A stretch of 58,070 nucleotides of DNA from Planctomycetota bacterium (GCA_021808105.1 JAKBCC010000002.1:1-58070), one strand, 5' to 3'; shown: positions 9,465 through 20,422, numbered from the stretch's first letter. The notes: generated from the sequence alone by a model not told the origin. Translations and numbers: made by a program.

Positions 9465-11057
9465 ATGAAGCTTCCATTTTACGCCACCGTTTCGCCGTGC
9501 CGAACGCCGGGAAGGCTAATTGCTTTAGCTGCCGTTGCAGCGCTTAGTACGGGGTTGGTTTCCCAACGCAGTTTCGGGCAGGCGTTTACCGCCGGTGAAG
9601 TTGTTGTCAGTCAGATCAATTATGTCGGAGCGGATCCCACCAATTCGGTGGTGCAGGGAATCGTCAATGGCGATCTGGCAGCCGGCACTTCGGGCAATAC
9701 ATTTGCCGATCTCTTTAATGATCCGACTGTTCCCGGCGTGCAGGGAACCGAAACGCTCGCGGAATACAGCGTGGCGAATGTTGAATCCAATGCGGCGGTC
9801 GGGGCATTGCAGAATACCATGAATCTTCCCGCCCCCTCCGCCGCGGATACCGGCGTGGGCCTCACGGGCAGCTTCAGTTCAAAATCCGAAGGTGCCCTGA
9901 TGACCTCCACCAATGGACAGTATATGACTATCATTGGCTATCAGGCTCCCGCCGGGGCAATCGGCGTTTCGAATTCGTATACTACGGGGGCGGTTCCCAG
10001 CCCATTTCCGTCCAACGCCACCACCAACGTACTATACAACCGCGTGGTTGAAGAAGTCGGATCCAATGGATCCTATACTACCGGTGCGACGCTTACGGAC
10101 GCATACAGCGGCGATAACGCCCGCGCCGCGATCAGCGTTAATGGGCAGCAGTTTTACACAGTTGGCAACGCCGATGGCGGATACACCAACACCGTTGAGA
10201 GTCTCGGTGCCCGCTACTCCACACTTGGGGCCACGACTTCCACCCTTTTGGGCACCTACAATCCGACCCCGGATAAGTATGATAATTTCCGTTCCGAACA
10301 GATTTTCAACAACACTTTGTACGTCGCCAAAGGCAGCGGCGGTAAGGGACTCGATGGCATATTTCAGGTCGGAAACACCGGCACGCTGCCCACAACTTCC
10401 GGCAACACCATTACCGCGTTGCCCGGACTGACCTTTACCGCCAAGACCAGCAATTTTCATCCCTTTGGATTTTTCTTCGCCAATGCCAACACTCTGTATG
10501 TCGCTGACGAAGGCGCGCCTACCGCTCCAACCACCAACGGCCCCGGCACAATCACCAATTCCACCGAGGCGGGATTGCAGAAGTGGTCTTTCAAATCCGC
10601 TACCCAGCAGTGGATGCTGGATTATGTGATGAGCAACGGGTTGGACCTTAACACGCTAAAACCGATTTCCGGCTACACCTATACTGACGCTGCAGGGAAA
10701 ACTGAAACGGTCTATTCCGCTGTAACGGGCCTGCGCAATATGACCGGCGTGGTCAATTCCGATGGCACCGTTACCATTTACGCCATTACCGGTAACACCA
10801 GTATCGTTTCCGGCGGTGAACCGGACCCCACGAGCCTTGTGTCATTGACTGATCCGTTGAGTGCCATGTCGCTTTCCACCAGCAGCCAATATGACACATT
10901 CTCAACATTGGCAACCAGTTCAGTGGGCGACGTATTTCGGGGTGTGGCCTTAGCCCCAGCCGTGCCAATCAGTAGCGTACCAGACCCCGCCGCGTTGGCG
11001 CTTTTAAGCCTTGGTGCAATTGGTGCGATGTTTCTCCGCCGCAGAACAGCGCACTAG
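9465..11057 (+). CDS. PEP-CTERM sorting-domain secreted protein
   Basis: Signal peptide MKLPFYATVS...AALSTG. The C-terminus VPDPAALALLSLGAIGAMFLRRRTAH has the PEP-CTERM architecture (VPDP variant, TM helix, basic tail). AGGAGA lies upstream of the ATG at 9465. Confidence 0.75.
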   Translation: MKLPFYATVSPCRTPGRLIALAAVAALSTGLVSQRSFGQAFTAGEVVVSQINYVGADPTNSVVQGIVNGDLAAGTSGNTFADLFNDPTVPGVQGTETLAEYSVANVESNAAVGALQNTMNLPAPSAADTGVGLTGSFSSKSEGALMTSTNGQYMTIIGYQAPAGAIGVSNSYTTGAVPSPFPSNATTNVLYNRVVEEVGSNGSYTTGATLTDAYSGDNARAAISVNGQQFYTVGNADGGYTNTVESLGARYSTLGATTSTLLGTYNPTPDKYDNFRSEQIFNNTLYVAKGSGGKGLDGIFQVGNTGTLPTTSGNTITALPGLTFTAKTSNFHPFGFFFANANTLYVADEGAPTAPTTNGPGTITNSTEAGLQKWSFKSATQQWMLDYVMSNGLDLNTLKPISGYTYTDAAGKTETVYSAVTGLRNMTGVVNSDGTVTIYAITGNTSIVSGGEPDPTSLVSLTDPLSAMSLSTSSQYDTFSTLATSSVGDVFRGVALAPAVPISSVPDPAALALLSLGAIGAMFLRRRTAH

Positions 11058-11305
11058 CACCCTGATATTGCTGCCATCTTCAAAGTGCAAACCGCAGGGT
11101 GGTGTTTTACATCGGTGGAACATCGCCCTGTTTGCGTTTGGGACACCGTGAATACAATCCTTTTGGATTAACACCGATTAAATTCCGGAATCTCACTAAG
11201 GGCAACTGCAGTGCGGGATGGGGTATCATCCCGATTCCAACTCGACGCTGCCGCATCGAGCTAAACGCCTTACCAGAACACATGGCATGTCCGATACACC
11301 GCCAT

Positions 11306-13918
11306 TTACTCCACGGCGGCTGCTTTGGGGCGCTTGGCGCGCGGCGATTTTGTTTTCCCGGGTTTGGCTTCCGCTGTTTCTGCTTCCGCGCTTGCGGATG
11401 GCTTGGCTGCACCAGCTTTTCCACCGGCTTTCACAAGGATATCCGCCGGTGGCCATTGGCCTTCGGTGTTGAGTTTCAGGAATTCTTCCAGGCGTTCCGC
11501 GGGCAGCGTCATGCGACATTTGGGATAACCGGAGCAGCTTATAAAATCACCGCGTTTGCCGGACCGCACCAGCAGTTCCTTTTTATTGCATTTGGGGCAC
11601 TTGAGACCCGTGGGCTTGGGCGGCGGTTTAGGCGGTAAAGGCAGACCGGTTTTGCGATCCACCTGCTGTAATGTTTTGCACTCGGGGTAACCGGAGCAAC
11701 CCAGGAACGGCCCGAAGCGGCCGATGCGCTTGATCATGGGCTTGGCGCAATTGGGGCACTTGAAATCGGTGACTTCCAGTTGAACTGGTTTGCCTTCCCG
11801 ATCCACGTTCATGGCCCCGTCGCATTCCGGATAGCGTGAGCAGGAAAGGAACATTTTACCGCGTTTGGAAAGCCGGTACGCCATCATGGCACCGCACTTC
11901 TGACATTTGTATTCCGATGGCGTGGCCTCCGCGCGGGCGTGGGTCATACGGGTTTCTGCGGTGGCTAAATCTCTGGCCAGCGGCTCATAAAATTCACGAA
12001 TGACTTCTACCCAGTTTTTATTTGCCTCCTCAACGCCGTCAAGTTCCTCTTCAATGCGCCGGGTGAACCCCAATTCCATTAAATCAGGAAATCCTTCAAT
12101 GAGTTTTTCGGTAACTTTAATTCCCAGATCAGATGCGAAGAACCGCCGATCGCGCAGCAACACGTAATTCCGATCTTGAATGGTTTGAATAATCGACGCG
12201 TAGGTGCTGGGGCGGCCGATGCCTTCGGTTTCCAAAGCTTTTACCAAACTTGCTTCGGTAAACCGCGGCGGCGGACTGGTAAAATGCTGCGTGGGAGTAA
12301 GATCCAACGGTGCCACACGCTGCTGCTGGGCCAATGCCGGCAATACCTGATCATCATTCCGCGACCAAACCCCCGCCACGCGGGTAAAGCCGTCAAATTT
12401 AAGGGATCGACCGGTGGCCTTAAATAACGGCAGGCCGGCGGGGTCAACGGAAGCATTTCCGGGAGGTCGGCATTCGATCATCGCCTCGGTGACCAGCCAT
12501 TGGGCGGGCATCATCTGACAGGCGATAAAGCGTTTCCAGATCAGATCATATAAGCGAAATTGCTCATCATTAAGGGCCATGCGCACATCAGCTGCGGTGA
12601 GGCTGGCGTCCGTGGGGCGGATGGCTTCATGGGCTTCCTGAGCGCCAGCACGTGACGAATAAAAGTTAGGCTTTTCGGGCAGATATTGCGGCCCAAAAGC
12701 ACTTTCGATATAACCGCGGGCCATTTTCAACGCATCGGCGCTGATGTTCTGTGAATCCGTACGCATGTAGGTAATTAAACCTACCGCCCCCTGGCCCGGC
12801 AGTTCCACGCCTTCATACAACTGCTGGGCAATGCGCATAGTGCGCTGGGCACCAAAACCCATTTGGTTACTGGCCGCCTGTTGCAGCGTGCTGGTGCTGA
12901 ACGGTCCGGGCGGACGAGATGTGGAGGGCTTGGTAATCAATGAACGCACGCGAAATTCCGGCGCTCCGGGTCCCGGTGATGGAACCGCGCCGGAAACCGT
13001 CGTAAGCTTTTGGGCTGGCCCCTTGTTGGGAATGCCGCGCGGACCGTTGGTGCCGTCATTATCAACGGCGGCAATTTCCACTTGCCGCAAGCCGACCGCA
13101 GTCGCGGCGCGCTGGGCATCAGCGACATTCTTAGGATCAAATTTTTTGCCGTCAAATTCCACCAGTTGGGCTTTGAAGGCCTGGTTTTCCGTAAGCCATT
13201 GGCGCTTTTCCGCCCCGGATGGCCCGCCGGCCGGGGCTGAATCCGTACCGTCATCGGCATCTTCTTCATCCGGTACAGATAAAAATTCTTTCCATTGCCG
13301 GGCCAGAGCCTCGGCGGCTTTTAATTCGGTGGTAAAAACCGCCTGAAGTTTCCAATATTCATCCGGAAGAAAGGCATTGATTTCCCGCTCCCGATCCACA
13401 ATGAGTTTGACTGATACGCTTTGCACGCGCCCGGCGGATAATCCGCGTGCCACTTTTTTCCAAAGCAGCGGCGAAACTTTATAGCCCACCAGCCGATCCA
13501 GAATGCGCCGGGCCTGCTGGGCATTTACCTTGTCCAAGTTAATCAGGCGCGGATTTTCAAACGCCTTGAGAATGGCAGCTTTTGTAATTTCGTTGAACAC
13601 CACACGCTTCACAGCACGTTGATCAAGATTCAGCGCCTGGCTTAAATGCCACGCGATGGCTTCTCCTTCACGGTCCAAGTCGGTTGCCAGATAGACTTCA
13701 TCCACCGATCGCACGATGGATTTCAATTCACTGACAAGTTTTTTACGGCTGGAAAGCACTTCGTATGTCGGTTCAAATTGGTTTTCTATATCCACGCCGA
13801 TGCCCTTTTCCGGCAAATCACGGACATGCCCCATGGAGGCTTTGACCGTGTAGGAGGCACCGAGGTATTTGTTGATCGTTTTGGCCTTGGCCGGAGATTC
13901 CACAATCACCAGCGCCAT
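11306..13918 (-). CDS. topA: DNA topoisomerase I with multiple C-terminal zinc ribbons and a Lys/Ala-rich tail
   Basis: MALVIVESPAKAKTINKYLG Toprim start, DLDREGEAI, GLITYMRTDS (active-site Tyr region), and repeated CxxC...CxxC fingers. The ORF is open to 14092, but the canonical start is the Met at 13918. Confidence 0.9.
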   Translation of the reverse strand: MALVIVESPAKAKTINKYLGASYTVKASMGHVRDLPEKGIGVDIENQFEPTYEVLSSRKKLVSELKSIVRSVDEVYLATDLDREGEAIAWHLSQALNLDQRAVKRVVFNEITKAAILKAFENPRLINLDKVNAQQARRILDRLVGYKVSPLLWKKVARGLSAGRVQSVSVKLIVDREREINAFLPDEYWKLQAVFTTELKAAEALARQWKEFLSVPDEEDADDGTDSAPAGGPSGAEKRQWLTENQAFKAQLVEFDGKKFDPKNVADAQRAATAVGLRQVEIAAVDNDGTNGPRGIPNKGPAQKLTTVSGAVPSPGPGAPEFRVRSLITKPSTSRPPGPFSTSTLQQAASNQMGFGAQRTMRIAQQLYEGVELPGQGAVGLITYMRTDSQNISADALKMARGYIESAFGPQYLPEKPNFYSSRAGAQEAHEAIRPTDASLTAADVRMALNDEQFRLYDLIWKRFIACQMMPAQWLVTEAMIECRPPGNASVDPAGLPLFKATGRSLKFDGFTRVAGVWSRNDDQVLPALAQQQRVAPLDLTPTQHFTSPPPRFTEASLVKALETEGIGRPSTYASIIQTIQDRNYVLLRDRRFFASDLGIKVTEKLIEGFPDLMELGFTRRIEEELDGVEEANKNWVEVIREFYEPLARDLATAETRMTHARAEATPSEYKCQKCGAMMAYRLSKRGKMFLSCSRYPECDGAMNVDREGKPVQLEVTDFKCPNCAKPMIKRIGRFGPFLGCSGYPECKTLQQVDRKTGLPLPPKPPPKPTGLKCPKCNKKELLVRSGKRGDFISCSGYPKCRMTLPAERLEEFLKLNTEGQWPPADILVKAGGKAGAAKPSASAEAETAEAKPGKTKSPRAKRPKAAAVE

Positions 13919-14504
13919 GCCGCTTTTTTTTATCACTTTTGCCACTCGTCGTTTCCAATCCTTAAGAGTTACTTTGCCGATCGAGCTTTTGTCGATCCCC
14001 TGACTTTTTACAGGCACATAGTACGGATTATTTCCAATCCGCATCGCAATCCCATTGGTGCAACTTCGGCTCGCCGAGGGCTTTGCGTCCAATATTTATC
14101 ACAAGCTTCTGGAAAAAAGCAAATTAATTCGCAATCACAAATCTGCTTTTCTCCTGGGCTTGTGCCCCATTTCCGTGCACTATTTTAGTGCGTAAATAAT
14201 GAGCATACAATACCTTATAAGACGATCTCAGGTTGGCAATCAGCGGCTTTTCGCCAGGGATACGCCATCTTCACCCGTTTCTTACCGTCTCAAAACATAA
14301 CATTATCACCGCCAGTTCACAATATGATGTGCCTGATCCGCTGGTATGCCGGCTTGGGGGTTTTTATGGGAAGGTCAATAATACCAGAAAAAAAATGAGT
14401 TTTTGGCATCTATTTTGCTCTGTGTTATGCCGATGTGGAAAAAGGTTTGGTTTTTTTTACACCGAGGCGCGTTAACGTGCGTATAGTTCAATAGAGACGC
14501 GCCG

Positions 14505-15275
14505 ATGTCCCGTAACAACGGGCAAGGAGGTTTTATGAATGGCCCGCATGGCCCGGCAATTTTGGATTTAAACACGCAGGTGGACCTGTTAAGCCCCACT
14601 GGGCTATACCGCCTGCACGATTCAGATGCCATTGCATCTAACATCAAGCGGTTATTCGGGTTTCTGAGATCGATTCGCTGTGCGGTAGTCAGCACCCGGC
14701 TGCACCATACCATTATGCCGGACCGCTCGGCACCTCACTGTGTATGCACGCCCGGAAACCCCGGTTATAACAAACTTTCTTTTACTTTGCTTCCGCAGCG
14801 CACCGAAATGCCCGTTGATTGCGGCACGGATCTGCCCGTGCAGACTTTTCACGATGCCCGGCAATATATCTTTGATCTGCCGGACCCGAATCCCTTTGAT
14901 TCTCCCCGGCTTGACCGCCTGTTATCAGAAACCGAGACCAACACCTGGCTGATTATTGGCGGACCGCTGGAATCATCCGTGCGTATGGCCGTGATGGGAC
15001 TTTTGCAGCGCCGCAAGCAGGTCGCAATTGTTAAAGACTGCATGGGCCAACGCGATCCGTATGAAGCCGAGATGGCCATGCGCCAGGTGGAAAGCAAAAA
15101 TATTCAATGGCTGACCGTGGATGAGGTTATTGAACGCTGCAGCCGCAAGCCGGTGCGGCGATCCCGGCTTTTGGCACGCGTGGCACACCGTACACGCCCG
15201 GCAAGCGGGGCCGCTGCAACAAGCTATCGCGGACGATCCAGGACCGTTGTCAACGCCTATCGCCTGCGCGATTAA
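14505..15275 (+). CDS. Isochorismatase/nicotinamidase-fold protein, apparently with a degenerate catalytic triad
   Basis: PAILDLNTQVD (cf. ALLVIDMQNDF), APHCVCTPGNPG (cf. PxHCVxGTxGA), and WLIIGGPLESSVRMAV (cf. lvixGxatdxCVxxTa). The position of the nucleophilic Cys reads Ser. Confidence 0.45.
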   Translation: MSRNNGQGGFMNGPHGPAILDLNTQVDLLSPTGLYRLHDSDAIASNIKRLFGFLRSIRCAVVSTRLHHTIMPDRSAPHCVCTPGNPGYNKLSFTLLPQRTEMPVDCGTDLPVQTFHDARQYIFDLPDPNPFDSPRLDRLLSETETNTWLIIGGPLESSVRMAVMGLLQRRKQVAIVKDCMGQRDPYEAEMAMRQVESKNIQWLTVDEVIERCSRKPVRRSRLLARVAHRTRPASGAAATSYRGRSRTVVNAYRLRD

Positions 15276-15308
15276 CCTGGTAAAGCCGGGGAGTTTCAGC
15301 CCACCGCT

Positions 15309-16181
15309 TCAAGGCGGTTCCAGCACCAGCGTATTACCGGATGGATCACGTAAATTCAGCTTGGAATCGTGGCGTGTGGAAGGGATATTTCCATCCCTTA
15401 CAGCAGATTCAATACGACTCCATATTTCCCTATCCGGTACATGTATAACCACATGGCTTAATCCTTGGGATCCGGCAGGCGCTGCAGGACTGCGACGGCT
15501 TTCCCAAGTATTAATACCGATATGATGGTGATAGCCATGATAAGAGAGAAATGCGGCTGAATGTCCAAAACGCAATTGCAACTCCATACCCAGAATGTCT
15601 CGATAAAATGTTTCCGCAGCGGCCAAATCCGACACACGTAAGTGCACATGGCCCATGATTGTTCCGGCGGGAAGCTCCGATCCGAGAGTTTCCGACGCTT
15701 TTGTCTGGGCCAGTAAATCGGCGAAATCCAGCGGGTTGGTCGCCATGGATAATTGGCCGTTTGTGCGCGGCCAGTGATCGCGCGGGCGGTCCCGATAAAT
15801 TTCTATTCCGTTGCCTTCAGGGTCCGCCAAGTAGAGTGCTTCACTGACCAGATGATCCGCTGCCCCCTGCAACGGCACACCGTTTTGCATGAGATGTCGC
15901 AATTGTGTGGCCAGGGCGTTACGCGATGGCAGTAGAATCGCGAAATGATATAACCCCGTCGTCCGTCCCGGATGCGTGGCCTGTGGATTTTCCTGGAGTG
16001 TCAGCAAAGGGCGATTGTCTGCCGCCAATACTGCGGTATTGGCGGCAGACGGCAGAAGTTTTAATCCAATATTGCGCTGATAGAATTCTACCATTGCCGC
16101 AAGATTCCGCACCGTAAGTCCCACCGGACCCAACACTGTTTTATCATCGATTGCCATAGTGCCTCCTGACAATAAGTTCAC
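15309..16181 (-). CDS. Two-domain VOC (glyoxalase / extradiol dioxygenase) family protein
   Basis: Two repeats of the VOC start motif: VGLTVRNLAAMVEFYQRNIGLKL and GHVHLRVSDLAAAETFYRDILGMEL. Confidence 0.7.
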   Translation of the reverse strand: MNLLSGGTMAIDDKTVLGPVGLTVRNLAAMVEFYQRNIGLKLLPSAANTAVLAADNRPLLTLQENPQATHPGRTTGLYHFAILLPSRNALATQLRHLMQNGVPLQGAADHLVSEALYLADPEGNGIEIYRDRPRDHWPRTNGQLSMATNPLDFADLLAQTKASETLGSELPAGTIMGHVHLRVSDLAAAETFYRDILGMELQLRFGHSAAFLSYHGYHHHIGINTWESRRSPAAPAGSQGLSHVVIHVPDREIWSRIESAVRDGNIPSTRHDSKLNLRDPSGNTLVLEPP

Positions 16182-16457
16182 ATATAAACTAAATACATCA
16201 TAGGCGGTCTGTGCAGATAATCAAATGCGATGCCGTGATGAAAGGTAAAGCGCCGCCAGCGTCATGTTCTATCAACAGTGGCTGATGGTTCTGAAGCCTT
16301 AGGAGCCTGTCGGAGTAATCGCCGAGTTGCGATCCCGGCGCGCCGGGATGATTTCTGGCTTCTTGGGGCATCGTCGCGTCATATAGCACCGTGGTGATAA
16401 CCCGGTGGTTGGTTGGCGACACTGGATCAACCACCGGATTATCATCCGGTGCTCTAC

Positions 16458-18176
16458 TTATGCTGCTCTGGTTTTTTTTCGTCGCAGCAATGGTAAGGCC
16501 GCGAATCCCAAGGCCATAATCAACAGCGACCCGGATTCTGGAACGGCTTGAAATTTATAGGCCAGGGCATAGGAATCCGTGGCGGAGGCCCATGCGGCTG
16601 CGCCGCCATTGTCTAAAACTTCCAGGCGATAGGTGCCGGGAAGCAGATTCAGTGTAAAAATCTGCTGCACGTTATCCACGGAGCTGGCACTGGACGCCAG
16701 AAGCGAGCCGGCGGAGTTGTAGAGCATCAGGTCCAGGTTGTTAAGCGTTTCGTTGTAGCTGACCACAGAGCTTCTTGAAACCAGTTGCTGCACCTGAGCA
16801 TTCCACACCAGGGTGCTGGTAAGATCATACGCCTGATTGGCACTGCTCAAATTAAACGTGTAATTTGCCGTATTGCTGGTCCCGCGGCTGATGGATGAAA
16901 AATCCCATCCTTCGTTCTGTGCAAGGGGTGCCGGTGAGGCGGCGGTGCGGCCGGCCAGTAGATTGGCATAAGAATTGGCAAGATTCACAATTCCCGCCCC
17001 GTAGCGCGGATCCAGCGGTGTGGTGGCATTGGCCACGGGTGCGTTGTACGTGTAGGAGTCATTGGTTCCCGTGTAACTATTGGTCCAGCCACTGGGTTTT
17101 ACTGCCCCATTAAGCAACAATGCTTTAATGGTGCGTTCATCACTTGCCGCGGTGGAATACTGACTTTGACTCAAGCCATCGGCAGTGGAATAGCCATCCG
17201 CGGCTATGCCCGCCTGCACCATCGCTGCTGTGGCACCAGCCACCACCGGCGTGCTGTAACTGGTTTCGGGACCGGAGGCGACGATATCCGGCTTGGAGCG
17301 GCCATCATTGGTAGGCCCCAATCCGGTGGCTTTCGAGGAATAGGGATATGCGCCAACGGCGATGGAATTGTAAGCCGTTGCGGGCGGATTGATCTCACTG
17401 GGCGTGGTCGTATACGTGGCCGACCCATTGCCGACGGCAGAGACAAAAATAGTGCCATGGATATTGGTGAAATTATCGTAAGCGGCATTGACGGCGTTAA
17501 TCCAGGTTGTGTAGCTGGCCGCGCTGACGTTGTTGTTACTTTTGGTTTGATCGGTAAAGCTCTGATTGATGACTTTAACATTTTGCAGGCTCAACGTTTG
17601 TGAGGAATTCTGCGGCGGGCTGGTGTAACTGACATGTTGAGTATTAAAATTGGCGGGAGCCGTGTTGGTAGTGCCGGTAATGCCCAGGAAATACCCCTGA
17701 AATGCACCCGCGTCAATATTATCCACACTTGATACGCCGGTGCCGTAGCCGCTGGAGCCATAAAAATAACTCGCCACGGTGTCCGCATGACCGGAAACTG
17801 AATCGGTATAAGTTGTCGTGGTGGTGCCGCTGGTGATGTTGTAGGAATAGCCGGCGCTGGAAGAAAGATAGCCGTTGAAGTCCATGTATGTAAAAGGTGC
17901 GGAAGACGCGATGGAACTGGTGGACGGCTGCACTTCAAACTGATCATTGGTTGCGGCGGCCGATCCCTGTAACAGGTTTGCTTCGATTTGTGCTACGGCC
18001 ACGCCCGCCCCATCAGGCAGGACGGTTCCGGCATGTGTCGCTATCGGCAATAATACCGAGCCGGAGACACACGCAGCGGCCACTATGGCGGTGCGAATCT
18101 TTCGTGCTTCCCCAGCGGCCGAGATAACTGCAATAGCTCTGGTTTGTTTTGTGTCTCTGTGCATCAGCGTCTCCAT
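16458..18176 (-). CDS. Subtilisin-like (S8) domain protein with C-terminal PEP-CTERM anchor
   Basis: SGHADTVAS (His box), VINQSF (Asn), ETSYSTPVVAGATAAM (Ser box), and C-terminal VPESGSLLIMALGFAALPLLRRKKTRAA. A canonical Asp box is not evident (GVAVAQIEAN). Confidence 0.6.
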   Translation of the reverse strand: METLMHRDTKQTRAIAVISAAGEARKIRTAIVAAACVSGSVLLPIATHAGTVLPDGAGVAVAQIEANLLQGSAAATNDQFEVQPSTSSIASSAPFTYMDFNGYLSSSAGYSYNITSGTTTTTYTDSVSGHADTVASYFYGSSGYGTGVSSVDNIDAGAFQGYFLGITGTTNTAPANFNTQHVSYTSPPQNSSQTLSLQNVKVINQSFTDQTKSNNNVSAASYTTWINAVNAAYDNFTNIHGTIFVSAVGNGSATYTTTPSEINPPATAYNSIAVGAYPYSSKATGLGPTNDGRSKPDIVASGPETSYSTPVVAGATAAMVQAGIAADGYSTADGLSQSQYSTAASDERTIKALLLNGAVKPSGWTNSYTGTNDSYTYNAPVANATTPLDPRYGAGIVNLANSYANLLAGRTAASPAPLAQNEGWDFSSISRGTSNTANYTFNLSSANQAYDLTSTLVWNAQVQQLVSRSSVVSYNETLNNLDLMLYNSAGSLLASSASSVDNVQQIFTLNLLPGTYRLEVLDNGGAAAWASATDSYALAYKFQAVPESGSLLIMALGFAALPLLRRKKTRAA

Positions 18177-18340
18177 CCAAAAAAGTCCATATCATTTAGG
18201 GAATTATGTTTTCATCTGGCATGGCAAATACCAAATGGCCTGCGGGCAGAACTACCGCCAAGGAACTTAAAGAGTAATCCCGAACGGCAAAACAGTCAAG
18301 TATATTCGTAAATATGAATATAAAATCGGTGACAACTTTA

Positions 18341-20422
18341 CTATGCGCCCGGCCGGGGCCATTCATGTTTCACGATGTCGCCGGTCACGGACGCAAACTG
18401 AATACGACGAAACCGCGCCAGCGCCATGAGCGGAAAATACAGGCGATACAGATGATATTTCAGATAGAAAACCCTGGGAAAACCGGTTCCCGTAAACCAC
18501 TGCTCATCCCAGTTGCCCTCAGGATTTTGCGCATCAATAAGCCAGCGGATGGCTTTCTGCACCGCCGGATCATCCACGCCGGAGGCCGCCAGCAATCCCA
18601 TGGCCCCCCACGCCGTTTGTGATGCGGTACTGGGTCCACGGCCCTTGAGTTCCGGATTTTCATACGTCTGGCAGGATTCGCCCCAACTCCCATCAGGCTT
18701 TTGACATGAACGCAGCCAATCGGCAGCCCTGCGGATGAACCGCTGATCCATTTTCTCGCCGACAGCATTTAAGCCGGTAAGCACCTGCCAGGTGCCATAA
18801 ATATAATTAACTCCCCACCGCCCAAACCAGCACCCTTCTTTTTCCTGCGTTTCTTTGAGAAAATTTACAGCTTGTCGGACCGCAGGATGGTTATTGGCTA
18901 TACCGCAATGCCCAAGACACTCCAGCGTGCGCCCGGCAATATCCGGGCAGGATGGATCCTGAATGGCGTTATGATCAGCAAAGGGAACATGTTCTAAAAT
19001 CGGACGGTGCCGGGTGCGATCAAAGGCCGCCCAGCCCCCATCGTCATTCTGCATCGCCAGAAGCCAATTTACTCCGCGGGTTACTGCCGACTCCGCCGCT
19101 TTGCCGCCCAGGCGTTTCAGCGCCATGGTCACCATCGCGGTGTCATCCACATCGGGATAATGCGGATTATTAAATTCAAAATACCAGCCGCTGGGTTCAC
19201 AGTCGGGGCAATTTTTCATCCAGTCGCTGCCCGTGCGGCATTCCTTGGAAAGCAGCCACTCCGCGGTCTTTTTGGCCACAGAATCGTCCGGCTCCATACG
19301 TGTTTCCGCCAGCGCGTGCAGTGCGATACCGGTGTCCCACACTGGAGACCAGCAGGGCTGAATGCGGATGGTATCGCCTTCTTCGATAAACAGGTCACGT
19401 AAATCTTTTTGGGCTTTGAGCACCACAGGATGGTCGTCAGCATAGCCCAGGACGCGCAGGACAATAAGAATGTAGACCATGGGCGGGAAAATGGCTCCCA
19501 GGCCGTCACAGCCCTCCATGTGTTCCAGCAACCACTTTTCCGCTTCGCGAATCGCCAGGGGCCGCAGCGGCGTGATGGCCGTTTTTTCATAGCGTTTCAG
19601 TGATAAATCCAGCAGCAGAAACATTTCCCGCCAGCTTCGCGGCAAGCCCTTCAACCGCCCCACCGTGCTGTTAGCCGCCTCTGAATCGTTAAAGAGTTCG
19701 GAAATGCCCTTTTCCATGGGTAATTTGCGTATTGGACGATAAGCACTGACGATTGCCAACGGCAAAATCATCGTGCGGCTCCACGCGGAAACGGCATATA
19801 AATTAAAATAAATCCATTTGGGTAAGAGGATAATTTCCGGTGGAATGCTGGGGCAGGCGTCGTAACTGATCTGTCCCAGAGCGGCGAGATAAAACTTGGA
19901 AAAGCTGTTGCATTGCTCAGCTCCGCCCAGATGCCGAATGACTTGGCGAGCCACTCGCATGTGCGGTGCCTCGGGGTCATCGCCCATAAGTTTCAGGGCA
20001 AAATACCCCTTGACGGTACCGCTTAGGTCACTGTTGCCTCCCGGAAACAGACTCCAGCCGCCGTCGGCCTGCTGAATACTGCGAAGATAATTTGCGATTT
20101 TCGGCAGCGAGGGGTCCAGTTCCTGGCTTAGAATAAACTTGAGCATAATGTATTCTGATTCGAGAATACTATCCCCCTGCAGTTCGCCAACCCAATAGCC
20201 TTCACGCTGCTGCTTGGCAAGCAAAGCTCCTGTAGCACGGTCAACGGCATTGTCCAACTCTTCCGATGTCAATTCCATCGGATCGATCATCGTACTTAGG
20301 TCAGCCTGGGAAAGGGCTTCCAAGGCCTCCAGGGAGGGCTGGGGCGATGCCGCAATTTCGCGCAATACCGGCGGCCCAACCACCACCGCCGAACGTGTTT
20401 GTCGACTATTTTGCAACTTCAT
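18341..20422 (-). CDS. shc: Squalene-hopene cyclase
   Basis: DVDDTAMV (the DxDDTA catalytic motif) and multiple QW repeats (QQADGGWS, QNDDGGWA, QKPDGSWG, QNPEGNW). Confidence 0.92.
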   Translation of the reverse strand: MKLQNSRQTRSAVVVGPPVLREIAASPQPSLEALEALSQADLSTMIDPMELTSEELDNAVDRATGALLAKQQREGYWVGELQGDSILESEYIMLKFILSQELDPSLPKIANYLRSIQQADGGWSLFPGGNSDLSGTVKGYFALKLMGDDPEAPHMRVARQVIRHLGGAEQCNSFSKFYLAALGQISYDACPSIPPEIILLPKWIYFNLYAVSAWSRTMILPLAIVSAYRPIRKLPMEKGISELFNDSEAANSTVGRLKGLPRSWREMFLLLDLSLKRYEKTAITPLRPLAIREAEKWLLEHMEGCDGLGAIFPPMVYILIVLRVLGYADDHPVVLKAQKDLRDLFIEEGDTIRIQPCWSPVWDTGIALHALAETRMEPDDSVAKKTAEWLLSKECRTGSDWMKNCPDCEPSGWYFEFNNPHYPDVDDTAMVTMALKRLGGKAAESAVTRGVNWLLAMQNDDGGWAAFDRTRHRPILEHVPFADHNAIQDPSCPDIAGRTLECLGHCGIANNHPAVRQAVNFLKETQEKEGCWFGRWGVNYIYGTWQVLTGLNAVGEKMDQRFIRRAADWLRSCQKPDGSWGESCQTYENPELKGRGPSTASQTAWGAMGLLAASGVDDPAVQKAIRWLIDAQNPEGNWDEQWFTGTGFPRVFYLKYHLYRLYFPLMALARFRRIQFASVTGDIVKHEWPRPGA

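Noticed and set aside
16198-16434. 78-aa ORF between the S8/PEP-CTERM gene and the VOC gene
   Set aside because: It has no motif and no convincing ribosome-binding site, and its composition is unremarkable. It may be real, but the sequence alone cannot support it.
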